Source: Epithemia pelagica (lineage: Eukaryota > Protista > Bacillariophyta). From it: a stretch of 64,000 bases of DNA. Below are positions 46,326 through 58,807 of the stretch, piece by piece; the first letter of the stretch is position 1, and every line of letters starts with the position of its first letter. Made by a program: the position numbers and the translations under genes. Location: NCBI GenBank assembly GCA_946965045.2, contig OX337235.1, positions 3,596,001 to 3,660,000 on the forward strand, in the 5' to 3' direction. The notes under the pieces are model-generated. The model worked only from the letters and a program-made list of their open reading frames with translations, made no database searches and was not told where the DNA came from.

Positions 46326-47112
46326 GGCGACTATTCACTTTGTAAACATTCGTTTATGGCGGTGTTTTGTCTGTTTGCTGTTTTGCGAGATCGAAAGAGA
46401 CAAGTGTCAGAGACTGATACACTGCGTGATTGAAGCCGACTGTTGTCCCAAACGACATGCTCGTACGAGACATACAAGGTACGATAGTTTTGGGGGACGT
46501 TTTCACGTTCTCGGGTCCCCCCTTTGCATTTTTGTTGTGCGTACGAGTTGCATGTATTGAGGACGTTTTCACGTTCTCGGGTCCCCCCCCCTGTTTTTTT
46601 GTTGTGCGTAAAACCGGAAGGTCCCCAAAAATTGGTTGGGTGAGTCAATTGAAGGTGCCGACGGGCGCGCGCATAAGACCCTTTGGGAGCTTTCTCTCTT
46701 TGCTGTAAGAAACTATGCACTGGTAGGTAGTAGGCGTACAAAAAACCTGTCGTTAGAAACATGGTCTTGATCCCGCCCCGCATCCGTTCAGAATACCACA
46801 ACGGCCGACACCGCGACACTCATGGGTCGATGTTCGAGATATGTGGAAGATATTATTACTTTCAACGCCATCTATAAATCCAATGTCTCTTTCACCATCC
46901 AGATCCAAAAGGACGACGACGACGACGACGAGTGTGTTGTGGAATGTAAAAGTCTCCCCACACATGTCGTTCTCCCCCCAAACCCAACCAAGCCGACCGG
47001 GCCAGGCCGTCCATCTGTGGTTGTAGGAAAGGATCGATTGTGTTGCGGCTCTTCTCCTGCTGCTTACTCATTATTGGGTGTGACAGGGTGTGCAGTACTG
47101 AGATCCGCACGT

Positions 47113-47310
<198 letters not shown>

Positions 47311-48517
47311 ATGACATGACGGACTCGACCGGTCACTCCATTCGACTTGCTGCTGCTGCTCGTGGACCATCCTCCACCACCATGGCACAACAACAACAAC
47401 AAGGACCCAACGAGACAAGGATCATGGAGGAATAACCACAAGACGACGACGACGACTACTGCATTCTATTCGTCGTGGCTTTTTCTGTGGAATCAGGGCA
47501 AGAGTCCTCTGGTCCGAGAGCCGGCGCCGGGCGCCTGGTGGCATACCGTCCGATTCCAAAGAAAGGAGGGACATCCGAATTGGTAGTTTGGTAGGATGGT
47601 CCTGATAGGTATTAGTCTTTGATCACAACAGGAACAAGTGAAAATGGATCAGGCATTGTGACATTGACTCTCAACCCCAGGTTCTGGATGGGACAGACGG
47701 TCCTGGGAACGCCACGAGACACACTCTCAACGAGACAGACGAGGAACAACAAGACGAGACGGAATGCTGGAACCCCTGTCGCGTCACAGCGGCCAACGAC
47801 TACGAGTCACCCCTTTCAATGGTATTCCACGACGATGCTTGGAACCACGGACGGTAATATGGTGTCGATCGTACTGCAGCTGCACGCAATCGTTTGGGGA
47901 ACGAGATCGTTACGGGAATTGTGCGGAACCAAGGCACAGTGCGGCACACTATTCCCTGGAGGGGCAGGAACTAAACCCCACAGACGCTCCCTTTGCAAAA
48001 CACTGCAGAGAAAGGAACCACAAACTGTCACTCTACAAGTTTTGACACCGTTGGATCCAAAGGAGAATGAATCTTTTCCTCGCACTCGACATGGAAGATT
48101 GTGTCATGTACCAGAACGGCCGACACACACTAACTTGGGGCTGCAAGTGTCAAGGGTTTCGGGGCTAGCAAGGTTATACCATAGCTTGGTAGGCGAGTGT
48201 TCCATCGAAGCCTCTATGAGCGTGATTGCTGGGGGGAGGCATCCATGTCATGTGGACTGGAGGTCCATGGTCCGCGAGAGCTCATTCGGATTTCCCCGTG
48301 AGGGACCGAATTTGGTCGCGTTTCAGTCGTTGACTATTGCAAAAGGAATGACATATTATGTAGCACACAAGGTTATAATATTTTGTCAAGATTGTCAAAG
48401 AATCGTACTCATTACGGAACAAAACACCTCTGTCGAGGACAGGGAAAGTCCTAGAATTGTCAACTAGCGTGCCTCCCAGTGCATAGTGGGAGGTGTTTTC
48501 GTTTTCTGCAGACTAAC

Positions 48518-48926
48518 TCCAAACCTGACTGTGTAGGTAGTTCGTCTCACATTTTTATACTACAGTAGGAATTTTTTGTACGACCGGGAAGTAGTTTCGT
48601 GCGAGTCGCGCGGTTTCCCTCTCGTGTGTGACACTTGTGTGACACTTGTGTGACACTTTGTGACATGGCTTCCAGGAATTTCTCACTACCTACACAGCTT
48701 GATAGGGAGTAAGTTTCACTACCTACACAGCTTGATAGGGAGTAAGTTTACTACTTCCCTGTGTCTGGCCGTCCTCTCGCGTCGGGCGCGCCCGGCTTGA
48801 ATGACTCGACGGGCAATTGTCTTGTCGGGCGTGCGCCCTCCTCGACCATTGCCCTCCTCGTCATTCTACCCTCCACGCCGGGCGGTCCCTCCTTGAAAGA
48901 ACTCGACACCGGGAAGTATTAATACT
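48518..48926. mobile_element. Unclassified 409-bp insertion flanked by ACTAAC duplication
   Basis: Absent from paralogous sites near 62705 and 39685. Contains 11-bp and 33-bp tandem repeats; no TIR or TG..CA ends. Confidence 0.5.
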
Positions 48927-50701
48927 ACTAACATGAAGGACTCTCGCATCCTTGGTCAGATCACTAGGAGTACGTGGAAATACAGACTGGCGAGTGATTT
49001 CGTAGCACACACTATGAGATACATCGAACACTTCGCCAGGAGCCTCCGTTGTGACAATCTGCACATCTCAAAGGATCGACAGCGCCACTAACCTGCATAT
49101 CTGTACTTTAATTTTATATCATTTTTCTACGAAGCGATTATTTCACACGGTCGGTCGATGGGTGTCTAGTGAAGTCGTTTTGAAACATCACTCGTTGCTC
49201 GTGTGCTTGGAGCTTTTTTGGATCCTTTCGATTTTTATGGATCGGTGATTGGGGCAACGCCATGGCTCAGCAAGCGCGAGTACGGTGTATCCCAAAAAGT
49301 GGCTTGCGCAGTTTCCCTGATTTCGTGCTCACGCCGTTTGCAGAGGGATGCAGGATTACTCAGTCACTTTTGGGTGAATTTCCGACTGTAGAATAAGAAG
49401 TATGAGTAAGTATGACTGTTGGAGTGCGCTTTATATTCGCCGCCGTGCGCGCACAATCTTGCCTCTCGTCTTTATCAGCAAGTCAACAAACCTACTCCTA
49501 CTTTAGCACAGAAGCCAATGACATTAACATGATAGGGAAACTAATATCCCTTGGTGCAATGGATAGGCATGGTTCAAGATGACCAGTACCATAGAGTAAG
49601 AGTGACCACGGCAGCAATGGCCACGTCACAGAATACCGGAAGCAGCACCAAGATGCAATGGCAACGACCAAGACAGTCTTACTATCGTTCCATGCATCCC
49701 CGATAAGTTGACTACTTCTCCGTCACCAGACAACCATGACCACTACAAAGACAGTCAGTGACAATACGAACAGCACGAATCGGAATGAAAGGAGCGAAAC
49801 ATCATCACTACCACCACGGATGCCATTTAACTATACTTGGATACGATTGAGAGTGTCTAGTGCGTGAACATTTCACGACAACAAAATAGCTCCAGAGACA
49901 AGATGCACCACCAACAGGATTCGGAAACTGCTGTAGCAACCATGGTGACAAGCATCATGGCACACAAAGGAAGATAGACTCGACTTACAGTCAAGTAGTT
50001 CCACTTGCTGTTGTGTTTGTGGTTGTGGTTGGTTCACAATCGACGATAGTGGTTACGGCCGTCCCCCGAGCATCGTCATCGTCAACGTCGGACGCGGTGT
50101 AAGGAAGGAGTTTTCCACCTCCATTAATATATCACAACCAAACGATCCACACTGACAAGAACCACGACGATCACCACCATGCTCACAATAACGAGACTCC
50201 TGGACACCCGTATCAAACACAGGAAACGACTCATACGACCAGACAATGTACCAAGACCCGACAAGGACCAATTCGAATGGACAATAGGGTGCTGGGGGCA
50301 AAGGTCACCAATTCCAAAGAATCTGGTCTGCCCGAAACAATAATCTTCGTTCAATGATGCGGTTTTGGAACAACCCACTCATTTCCAACAACAAGAATCT
50401 GACGACCAGACGAAAGATTGTTTGTATAGGATGTTGCAAATGATGCACCACCAAGTCGTTCCTAATTGTTGCAACAACGGCCGGCACCTGCGGTTGATAG
50501 AAAGCAACAGCAGGAGCAGGCGCAGGAGACCATACGAGCGTGCTCTTCGAAACAACATGCTGGAAGAGACAAAGGGATGTCGTAGCGATGGCACAAAGAC
50601 TCTATCCATGAGACCAGCAATGTCCATTAAAAAGGTGAGATAATATAGCTTGCACCTGGTATTTTGACCAGGAGATTGGATGACCAGAGCAATTAATGGA
50701 C

Positions 50702-50926
50702 TGTTGTTTTAACCGTGGTCACTGCCGATCAAAAGGGCCAACTAGTTTCGTAAAAGGGGGATTGAGTAAATTAAAAGGGTATGGTCATGTTATGCTATGG
50801 GTGTGTATATGCTGACGCAGTAGGGGCGTCAGTTGGGAAGTGTCATATGGTGACGTGTGTCCATACGCACGTGGGGATCCCCCCCTGGTTCCGAGTGCAC
50901 CGGGCGGCAATGGGGATCTTCCAACA
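50702..50926 (-). repeat. 3' LTR
   Basis: TGTTG...CAACA; five differences from the 5' LTR. Confidence 0.95.
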
Positions 50927-50938
50927 CTCCCTCTCACT
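50927..50938 (-). promoter_or_regulatory. Polypurine tract AGTGAGAGGGAG
   Basis: Immediately upstream of the 3' LTR on the element strand. Confidence 0.85.
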
Positions 50939-50960
50939 TTTCAAATCGCACCCTTTGTGA

Positions 50961-53900
50961 CTACCATCCCAGGACTCGTAGGCGCAGACGTTGTAGTGTA
51001 TCCTGTGGTAAGGGTTTGGTGAGGTAATCAGCGAGTTGATCCTCCGTGGCAACTTTGTGAATTGTCACGCTACCATCCTCCACATGTGTTCTGAAGTGGT
51101 GGAGCTTCACGTTCAGGTGTTTCGTGCGGGGCCTGAATTTGTACACTTTGGCCATCTCCAGGGCTCCGCTATTGTCCTCGAATACCTTGCAGTGGACCTC
51201 TGCCTTTGTACTGTGGATGGTGATACCTTGCTGTTGCATTTCCTCCAGGAGGCGCATGATTGGGATTGCAGCACGGAGCGCGTAGGAAAGGCCTGTATAC
51301 TCGCTCTCTGTTGAGCTCAGGGCTATCTCCGTCTGCAGTTGGGATTTCCATATGATGGGACATCGCATATATCGAATGATGTATCCATGGCGTGATCTTG
51401 CGGTGTCGCGATCAGTTGTTGCGTCCTCCCGCTTCCAATTGCCCGCGAAGTCTGCGTCCACCCACACTTCCAAACCAGCTTGTTTGTCTGGACGGAACGT
51501 CATGCCTTGATCCCTCGTTGCACGGAGGTACCTTCCTATCCATCTGACTGCATCACCGTGTGGTTTTCGTGGATTGGATGCGAACCTTGCGCATTGGTGG
51601 GTTGCGTAGGCAATGTCACTCCTTGACCCTGCCTCAATGTAGTTCATCATGCCCACAATGGAGCGGTAATTGAAGCTGTTATCGAATGCGGGTTTTTCAA
51701 GATGGCGGTGCAGGATCTTGGTTGGGGCTGCCGGCGTGTCCTTTGTGACAGCGTCCTTCCCCAGGCGTAGTCCTTTCAACACTTTGTCAATTAGGTGTGG
51801 TTGGGAGAACGTGATCTCCCCATTGTCGTGTTTGTGGATATTGACCCCCAGAAAGTCCTTTATATCACCCTCGACTGTGATATTGAGCTTTGCAGCCCGT
51901 ATATCGTTGATTGCTTTGTCGATCTCGGTTTTGTTAGGACCAACGATGATACTGTCATCGGTGTAGAGAACGTAGATTACGTTTCCCCTGTAGAAGACAC
52001 ATTCATCCACTGACGATTTGGTAAAACCCACCTGCTCAACCAGTCTCTTGGAGAGATGTTGGTACCAAACCCGGCCGGCCTGTTTTTGGCCGTACAGGTT
52101 GGCGTGGAGCTTGAGCACGTAATCCCTTTTTGATTTTCCTTCATCTAGGTCATAACCCACAGGGAACTCCATGTAGACTTCTCGCTCTACTGGTGCCTGC
52201 GGGTACGCCAGGACGTAATCGATTTGTTGCGTGTGCCAGTTGAACGCAGAGACAAGTGCCAACACCAGTCGTATGGAGGCCCATGATGCTACTGGGGCGT
52301 AGGTTTGATCGTAATCGATCCCCTTTTCCATCTTCGACCCATCGAAGTTGAGTCGCGCTTTATGTGTCTTGATGTTGCGTGTGAGAATGTCCCTTTTTCT
52401 CCGCATCTGCCACACGGCCTTGAAGATACGCTGGCCTGTTGGGACGGAGTCTCGGCGTACGATGGACAAGTTTCCGTCCTCCATCTGCCTCTCCATTTCT
52501 TTTTGCATCCCTTTTATAAATTCCGCCTTGTCGGGCTCTTTCATGGCCTCGTGGTGATACATCGTATCGGGGTCGGAAACTGCCGCCTTGTATGCCATGA
52601 GGGGATTTCCCCAGTCTTCCATATCGTCTTGCGGCACGAGGGTTGTGAGGGCGAACAACTCCCCTGGGACGGTGGAATCGTCCTCGATCTCCGTGGACAT
52701 CACCTCAATGAGGCGTTGCGTCGGTTTTCGTAGTCGTCCCGATCTCGTCCGCAGTTGGTTGGTTGTTGTTGTTTGTTGTGGGAGTTGCCGCTCCCTCTGG
52801 CCTTGTGCTCCCTCTGAATCCAATGGAGGCGTTCGATCCATGGTTGGTCCATGCTGTACTTGTTGTGGTGGCGTCCCACCTGATGGACTCGTGTTTGGAT
52901 TTTGGATGGGTGCGTGGTCCGGCCATTCATTGTTTGGTTGGTGCCATTCGGTCAGTGGATTGCCATTGGGATTGTGCTGGGGGGCTCCCTCTTGCCCCTT
53001 GTGCCTCCTACGTCGTTTCTTCCCTTGGTCTGTGTTTGTCGATGACCTGTTTTGTTTGGCGTCTTGAAAGTACGTACTGGTTTGCCACGATGCTGACAAT
53101 TGTTCTTGTTGCAAGGTGTGGAAACTGCTATCGAATCGTACATGGAACTGGGGGCTCACATGGCCCGTATGTCGATGCAGTACCAAAGCCACATTCCGGT
53201 TGTGGATCGGTGATTGGCCGAGGTATATTCCCACTCGCGCTCGGTTTTCCCATTTGTTGTGGGGCTTGTTGTTCTGCAGCTTTTCGTCGAGTACGTACAC
53301 TGGGCAACCGAACGGTTTCCAGTGTTTCTTATTTATGTTGATTGGTGTTTGGGCAAATAGTTGCAATGGGGATTGCTTGGAGTCGTGTTGCATGTTTGGA
53401 CTTGCGTTTATGCAATCGTTGGCGTGCCTGACAGCGTACGGCCACAGGTTTGCCGTAATTGCTTGTGGCCACCTTTTGTTTGCGTGCAGGAGCATTGTTC
53501 TTGCCATTTCTTGCAGCTCGCGGATACGTCGCTCAGCCTTCCCGTTGGAATGGTGTGCGCCCACTGCCGCAAACGTCAGGTCCTGTCCTTGCTCATGACA
53601 CGCATTGACCCATCCATGGGCTTTGAATATCCCATTGTCGGCATGGTACGCGCAAATGGTCACTCCCCTGTTTATTGCGTATCGCTCAAATGCCCTCTTC
53701 CCTTGCAATGTTTCCTCCACCGTTGCCGTTTTCTGCAGGAACACAAATCCCAAGGATGTGGCTTGGTCGACATACACGGTTGCGTATTTATACCGTTTCT
53801 TTGTCATGAAGCCGGTCATTTGTGCCACCAGGCCTGGCGTTGGTGAGACCAGTTGGTCTACCGAGACTACCATGCCTGGTTTCTCCGGTGCAGTTTTGTT

Positions 53901-55286
53901 CATCCATTCCTTTGACGACTTGGACCTCCATGCTCTCTTCGTTGCTTTGGCAAACTGGCATGCTGAGCAAACTGGGATGTGACATTTCTCCAGTCGCTTT
54001 GGCAGTATTCCGTCCTTTGCCATTTGTTGCAGTTTTGAGAACGGGAGATGGCCGAAGTCATAATGGTAGCGGAGTAATTCCGCCTCGGCTGAGGGCCGCT
54101 ATTCCTCCTCGTGGGGGATTATATCTGGTGGGGATGGTTTGTCCTCCAGTCCTTTCCCATCGAGATCAAAGTCAAATTTGCGCGGCTCTGCCTCTTCGGT
54201 TTGCATGTCCGTTGGAGATTGTGCTGTTTGGGGTGGCGTTTGCGCCTTCCCTGGTGGTGGTGGTATTGCTTTGTGCCACTCTGGTGCTGGCACGGTGTAA
54301 ATTGCCTCGTTCTCCTCTTCTTCATCATCCGAGACCACCATTGAGGGCATTGCTTGGTGTGTAAGCAGAGGATCGGAGTCGTATTTTCTGTCGTGACCGG
54401 TTCCGCACTCCTGGCAGTACTTGTGGTACTGTTGGTAACCACTCGCCAGGTGGAATGTTGCGACGTTGTTCCCTGCTGTGTCGATAGGGATTGTTCGTCG
54501 TGCCTGCCTGTCATTCCAAAATAGAACAACTTCTGTCCCGGTGGTTGTTTCGCCTGCCCCTCCTCGTTTTTCGCTATTCTTCCGCGTTTGCGCCCAGTGT
54601 TGTGGACTGAGGGGTCGAACTCGTCCCTCCGGGACGTAATATGAGTTTGGGATGACCATTGTGTGGGCTTGTCCCTGGTCGTCTTCCCATGTCCAGTGTA
54701 TTGTGCCTATCCATACTTCGTATGTCTTGGCTCCACCAAATCCCTTGATGGCTCTTTTGCATGGCTGCAAACCGCCTGGGATGTCGCTTCGAACGTGCGT
54801 AATGCAGCCCGAGCAGCGATTGTCGATTCCAATGAGCGTGGAGTCAGAGTCGAACGGCTGGCATGCTGTTGCTGCCCCGCACTTGGCTGCCATTGCCATG
54901 ATTGCTGCTTGGCACAATCGTGCTGACGGTGACTTTTGCCTTCGCGGTCGGGACGGCTCTTTGTTTCGTTTACGTTGTTGATTCTTTGGGATCATGGTTT
55001 CCCCCCATTCCGCTCATCTTTCGATGGTCCTGTTGGTATGTGTCAGGGTTTGCTGCAGCCATCCCTTGCTTCGGTCATATGGTTGTGGTTCTTGCCTGTC
55101 GTCGTCGTGGAGCCATATGATAGTGATTGCTATCGCTTTCTCTGTTGCTCCAGTCATCCACGTCAGTGTCGATACCATTCCTACTAACCATAGGTATGCG
55201 ATGGCCTCGTCAAGGGAGAGAGTGGTGTACGCGTGCATTGTCATCATTAGAATAATTGTTATGTACTTCCACCCTCTCCAGATGAG
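50961..55286 (-). pseudogene. pol: copia pol (PR-IN-RT-RH) with in-frame stops at 55014-55016 (TGA) and 54099-54101 (TAG)
   Basis: IGIDNRCS (PR), RYHYDFGHL, VSVDQ/HADNG/KAERR (IN), YTDD (RT), WVDADF/FEDNSG (RH), all in one frame. Confidence 0.9.
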
Positions 55287-56684
55287 TCACTCGTAGTCCA
55301 AGTCCTCCTCTTCCATGGTTCCCTCAATCAGAGTTTCGTGAGCGACGGCCATCTTGAGCGCGTCCTTTTTCTTTTTGTCGTTTTCCTTTGCTTCTGGCTT
55401 TGCTGCCGATTTAGCATAGCCTTTGCAGTCGGAGGGTTTGTGGGTCCGCCACTTGCCTCCACATTTTCCGCCCGTTGCTTCATCGCACCAGTACCATTTG
55501 GTGTCATTCCACGACCGGTACTTGTGGATGTTGTCTCTTTTCGGTGCGGTGTGTTCCTTTAACCACTCTGGGCGTTCGGGCTTCTGCTTCACTGCATTAT
55601 CCGCCTTGGCCTTCGTCCCTTTCTTGTGGACTTGTTCTTTGCCTTTTGGTTTTTCGCCCTGTTTCCCAGTCTTGGTTTGTTTCTTCAAGTGTAGGACCTC
55701 GGCTTGGAGTGCTAGGACCTCTTTCTGTTGCTGGGTTGGTTGCTCCCATTCGTCGCTTGTTACTTGCTTCTTGTAGAAGTTGACGGCGCGGACCATCAAT
55801 TTGTTCGCAGAGGTAATCACGCTGGATCCATCTTCATGACCATCCTCGATTTTCTGGATGTAGTCTTGAAACCGATCGTCCCTCACCGCCTTGTAACCTT
55901 TGAAGAGGTTAACGATGAGATCAAGGGAGGTGTGTCCTCGTGATGCGAGTCCATCCACTTGACTCTGGACGTATGAGTTGAACGCCACGATGTCTGAACC
56001 GTTGGTCTCGATATAACGATCGAGGTTCGTTAGATTGAGTCGGAGGGTGGTCACCGTGGCATTTGAATCCAGATAGCTTTCTCGGATGACCACCTTGAAA
56101 AGGCATCCTCCTGCGTCTTCTCCATTCACCTTGGTGTCATTCGTCCAAATTTGGATTCGTTGAATGCCAGTCGGGGAAAGGGAATTCATGATCAAGTCAT
56201 GAAGCATCTTGGAGTTCTGCGAGTTCCTCGTGTTCAGTCCGATGAATGTCGTTTCGTATGCCTTGATCTGTTCCAGCGTCAATCGCCCGTAATCCGTGAT
56301 CATATTGACAGCTGGCGGTGCGACTCCTCCTGGGGGAGCTGGAATTGACACCATGCAGTTTGCTCCATTCTCGAGCATTCCGAGGTCGCGTGCTCGCGTA
56401 TGGAGCAGATTCACGAATAGCTGGAATCGGCCCGGCTCTACGTCAAACTTCTCGTCGGTGGAGAATAAGGACTTTGTTGCCTGCTCCTAGTATTTCCTGC
56501 CTTCTTTGGTACCGAAGTCCAGGGTGTTCGCAATTCCTGATCGCAGGGGAGTGCGTAGGAATGGTCCTGCAGCTGGTGCGCCTGGTCCGGCTGCCGCTTG
56601 CGCAATTGCGTTCTGGATCGCAGTGGACGCATTGTTCAGGGCTTGGACTAGTGCTTGGGCATCTGCACCTGCTGCGTCTCCCAT
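55287..56684 (-). pseudogene. gag: copia gag with in-frame TAG at 56487-56489
   Basis: ORFs 56487-56723 and 55287-56414 share a frame (RKY*EQATKSL); C-terminal WYWC...CGGKWRTH knuckle-like motif. Confidence 0.85.
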
Positions 56685-56758
56685 GTTCCCTTGTCTTTCT
56701 GTTGAAAGTAGTTCACGGCACAAATCGGTGAGTTTTCTTATGAAAGGTCACAGTTATC

Positions 56759-56772
56759 GCGCAGAGGAAGCG
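56759..56772 (-). promoter_or_regulatory. Putative primer-binding site complementary to the D-arm of initiator tRNA-Met
   Basis: Plus strand GCGCAGAGGAAGCG abuts the 5' LTR (then TG); vertebrate tRNAiMet reads GCGCAGCGGAAGCGUG here. Confidence 0.7.
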
Positions 56773-56997
56773 TGTTGTTTTAACCGTGGTCACTGCCGAT
56801 CAAAAGGGCCAATTAGTTTCGTAAAAGGGGGATTGAGTAAATTATAAGGGTATGGTCATGTTACGCTATGGGTGTGTATGTGCTGACGCAGTAGGGGCGT
56901 CAGTTGGGAAGTGTCATATGGTGACGTGTGTCCATACGCACGTGGGGATCCCCCCCTGGTTCCGAGTGCACCGGGCGGCAATGGGGATCTTCCAATA
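56773..56997 (-). repeat. 5' LTR
   Basis: Matches 50702-50926; outer CA mutated to TA on the plus strand. Confidence 0.95.
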
Positions 56998-57682
56998 ATG
57001 GACAAGGCAACCAATTTATAGGGGGACACATTTCTTGGATGAAATCGACACCACCCGGTAGCGGCGTGAGATTGAATTGCTGTTCCTTTTCAAACTGTCA
57101 GTGCCCCCCGATCGATTGAGTCCACCCCAAACTAGCAACCTGAGTAAATAGATACAGTGTATCGGTGGGGAATGCCACCAGCTTTTACTGAAAGGGTTTG
57201 GAGGACATGCCTCTCGATCGATTGAGTCGGCAACAAACAATCAACCGGAGTATAGAGATACAGTGTAGGCTGATAACGTACCCCATGCCGGTAGTGAATA
57301 CATCGGCTTTCGTCCTGTAACGAACCCCGTCACTGGTCAATATTCCTTTGGACCACAACAAGTCCTCCGGTACAGCGTGTTGCAACATTTTATTAGTGAA
57401 TACATCGGCTTTTGTCCGGTGACTTAGCACGTCATTGGTCAATATTCCTTGGATCACAAACAAGTCCTCCGGTAAACGGGAAAGCGCGTTGCAACATTTT
57501 ATTCTAGTTTGAGTTTAGAAACTATTTGGATTCACAGGATCTCTCCATAGGTTCACAATTTCACGACGAAACCAACGCAAGTGTTCGAGGGCAAATGTGT
57601 AGCCCACTTTATTAACTATGATCCTTCTTCTCGTTCTTGTCACCATGGTGGGTATTGACTGTCGCACTTTCAGAGGCTACTG

Positions 57683-58807
57683 TCAAAGTGGGGTTACTCG
57701 ATCCTTCCCGGATCCTTCCCGAAAATGATACCATCCGTTTGGTGCTTGATCACAAAGTTTACGGAAACACCATGCATTCTTGTCCATAATTTTCAATGTC
57801 GCACAGGAAGGATTGCTCCATCCACCAATCACGGCAACTTGATTGGCAACCGTCACCATACTAAAGTCATCCTGATTCCTTCCAATGGAGGGGAGATTCC
57901 ACACGCAGTTGCGGTGCGTATCCATGACTTGCACGGTTGGATTGTCTCGTCCTCCCGCCACAACGAGACAAGATCCCACGGCTACCATTGCACAATGATA
58001 GTGTGGGACAGAAAGCGCCAAACTAGAATGAGTCGTCCAAGCGGCCGAGAAGGAAATGACTGTAGACAATGTGTCGGCGTTTCTCTCCTCTTTGTCACAA
58101 GCCTTTGTAAAGTCCAAATACTCCACCGAAGTATTTGTTCTGCAGCCTCCAACGACAAAGATACGGTGACCAATGACCGCACTGCCAAAATATGATCGAG
58201 GAACATTCATGGATGGTCCCACAATGACAGTGTGATTGCTGGTATCAATAACATCCACCGACGATACGTCCTGCCCCATGGCCCATCCACCCATCACAAC
58301 AATATATCGGTTGTGCACCGCAACAGCACAACATCCACATCGTGTGATTGATAAGCGACAACTCAATGGTGTCCACTGACTCTTTTTTGAATTGCTGGTT
58401 GTCAAAGAAGATTGTAGCAATTCATTGACGTCAATCCGTTCTATACAATCCAAAGTTCCTCCATTGTATCCTCCCATGACGTAGACCCCTCCATTGCACA
58501 CAACAGCGGCATGTTCCTCACGGCTCTTGTTCATGGGCGGTCCTTCTCGCCACTGCTTGTCTGCTGGTGCTAAATTCAATACAAGAACGGAATTGGTAGT
58601 ATTGAAATTGTTGTCATCTCCTCCCATCACGACGACGGTTTGTCCCCTTGTGTTGTCCTTATCGGCATGATTCAGTACGACCGATGCAGGAAACTCACGC
58701 CATCCACCCTTGAGAGGAGGCCAGTCGGTTTCATTCCATTCTCCAGTCTCGTCCAAGAGAACAAGGCCTGACTGCCATGCTTGCTCTTGAAGTGATGTCA
58801 TGCTCAT
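57683..58807 (-). CDS. Kelch-repeat protein K5 (close paralog of K4)
   Basis: Intact 374-aa ORF. Confidence 0.9.
   Translation of the reverse strand: MSMTSLQEQAWQSGLVLLDETGEWNETDWPPLKGGWREFPASVVLNHADKDNTRGQTVVVMGGDDNNFNTTNSVLVLNLAPADKQWREGPPMNKSREEHAAVVCNGGVYVMGGYNGGTLDCIERIDVNELLQSSLTTSNSKKSQWTPLSCRLSITRCGCCAVAVHNRYIVVMGGWAMGQDVSSVDVIDTSNHTVIVGPSMNVPRSYFGSAVIGHRIFVVGGCRTNTSVEYLDFTKACDKEERNADTLSTVISFSAAWTTHSSLALSVPHYHCAMVAVGSCLVVAGGRDNPTVQVMDTHRNCVWNLPSIGRNQDDFSMVTVANQVAVIGGWSNPSCATLKIMDKNAWCFRKLCDQAPNGWYHFREGSGKDRVTPL

Larger units (their letters stand above)
50702..56997 (-). mobile_element. Ty1/copia LTR retrotransposon (CoDi-like), 6-bp TSD ATGGAC
   Basis: 225-bp LTRs, PR-IN-RT-RH order, PPT and PBS. 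ATGGAC at 50696-50701 and 56998-57003. Confidence 0.96.

Noticed and set aside
46490-46610. CACGTTC...TTTTTGT tandem motif upstream of K4 as RSS-like signals
   Set aside because: Only 7 bp match the TIR, spacing differs, and the paralog near 58990 lacks the CAC; more likely a local ~63-bp promoter duplication.
47619-48467. 282-aa ORF (also the 248-aa ORFs at 3595-4341 and 14841-15587)
   Set aside because: Non-ATG starts, no recognisable domain, overlap with repeats or opposite-strand genes.
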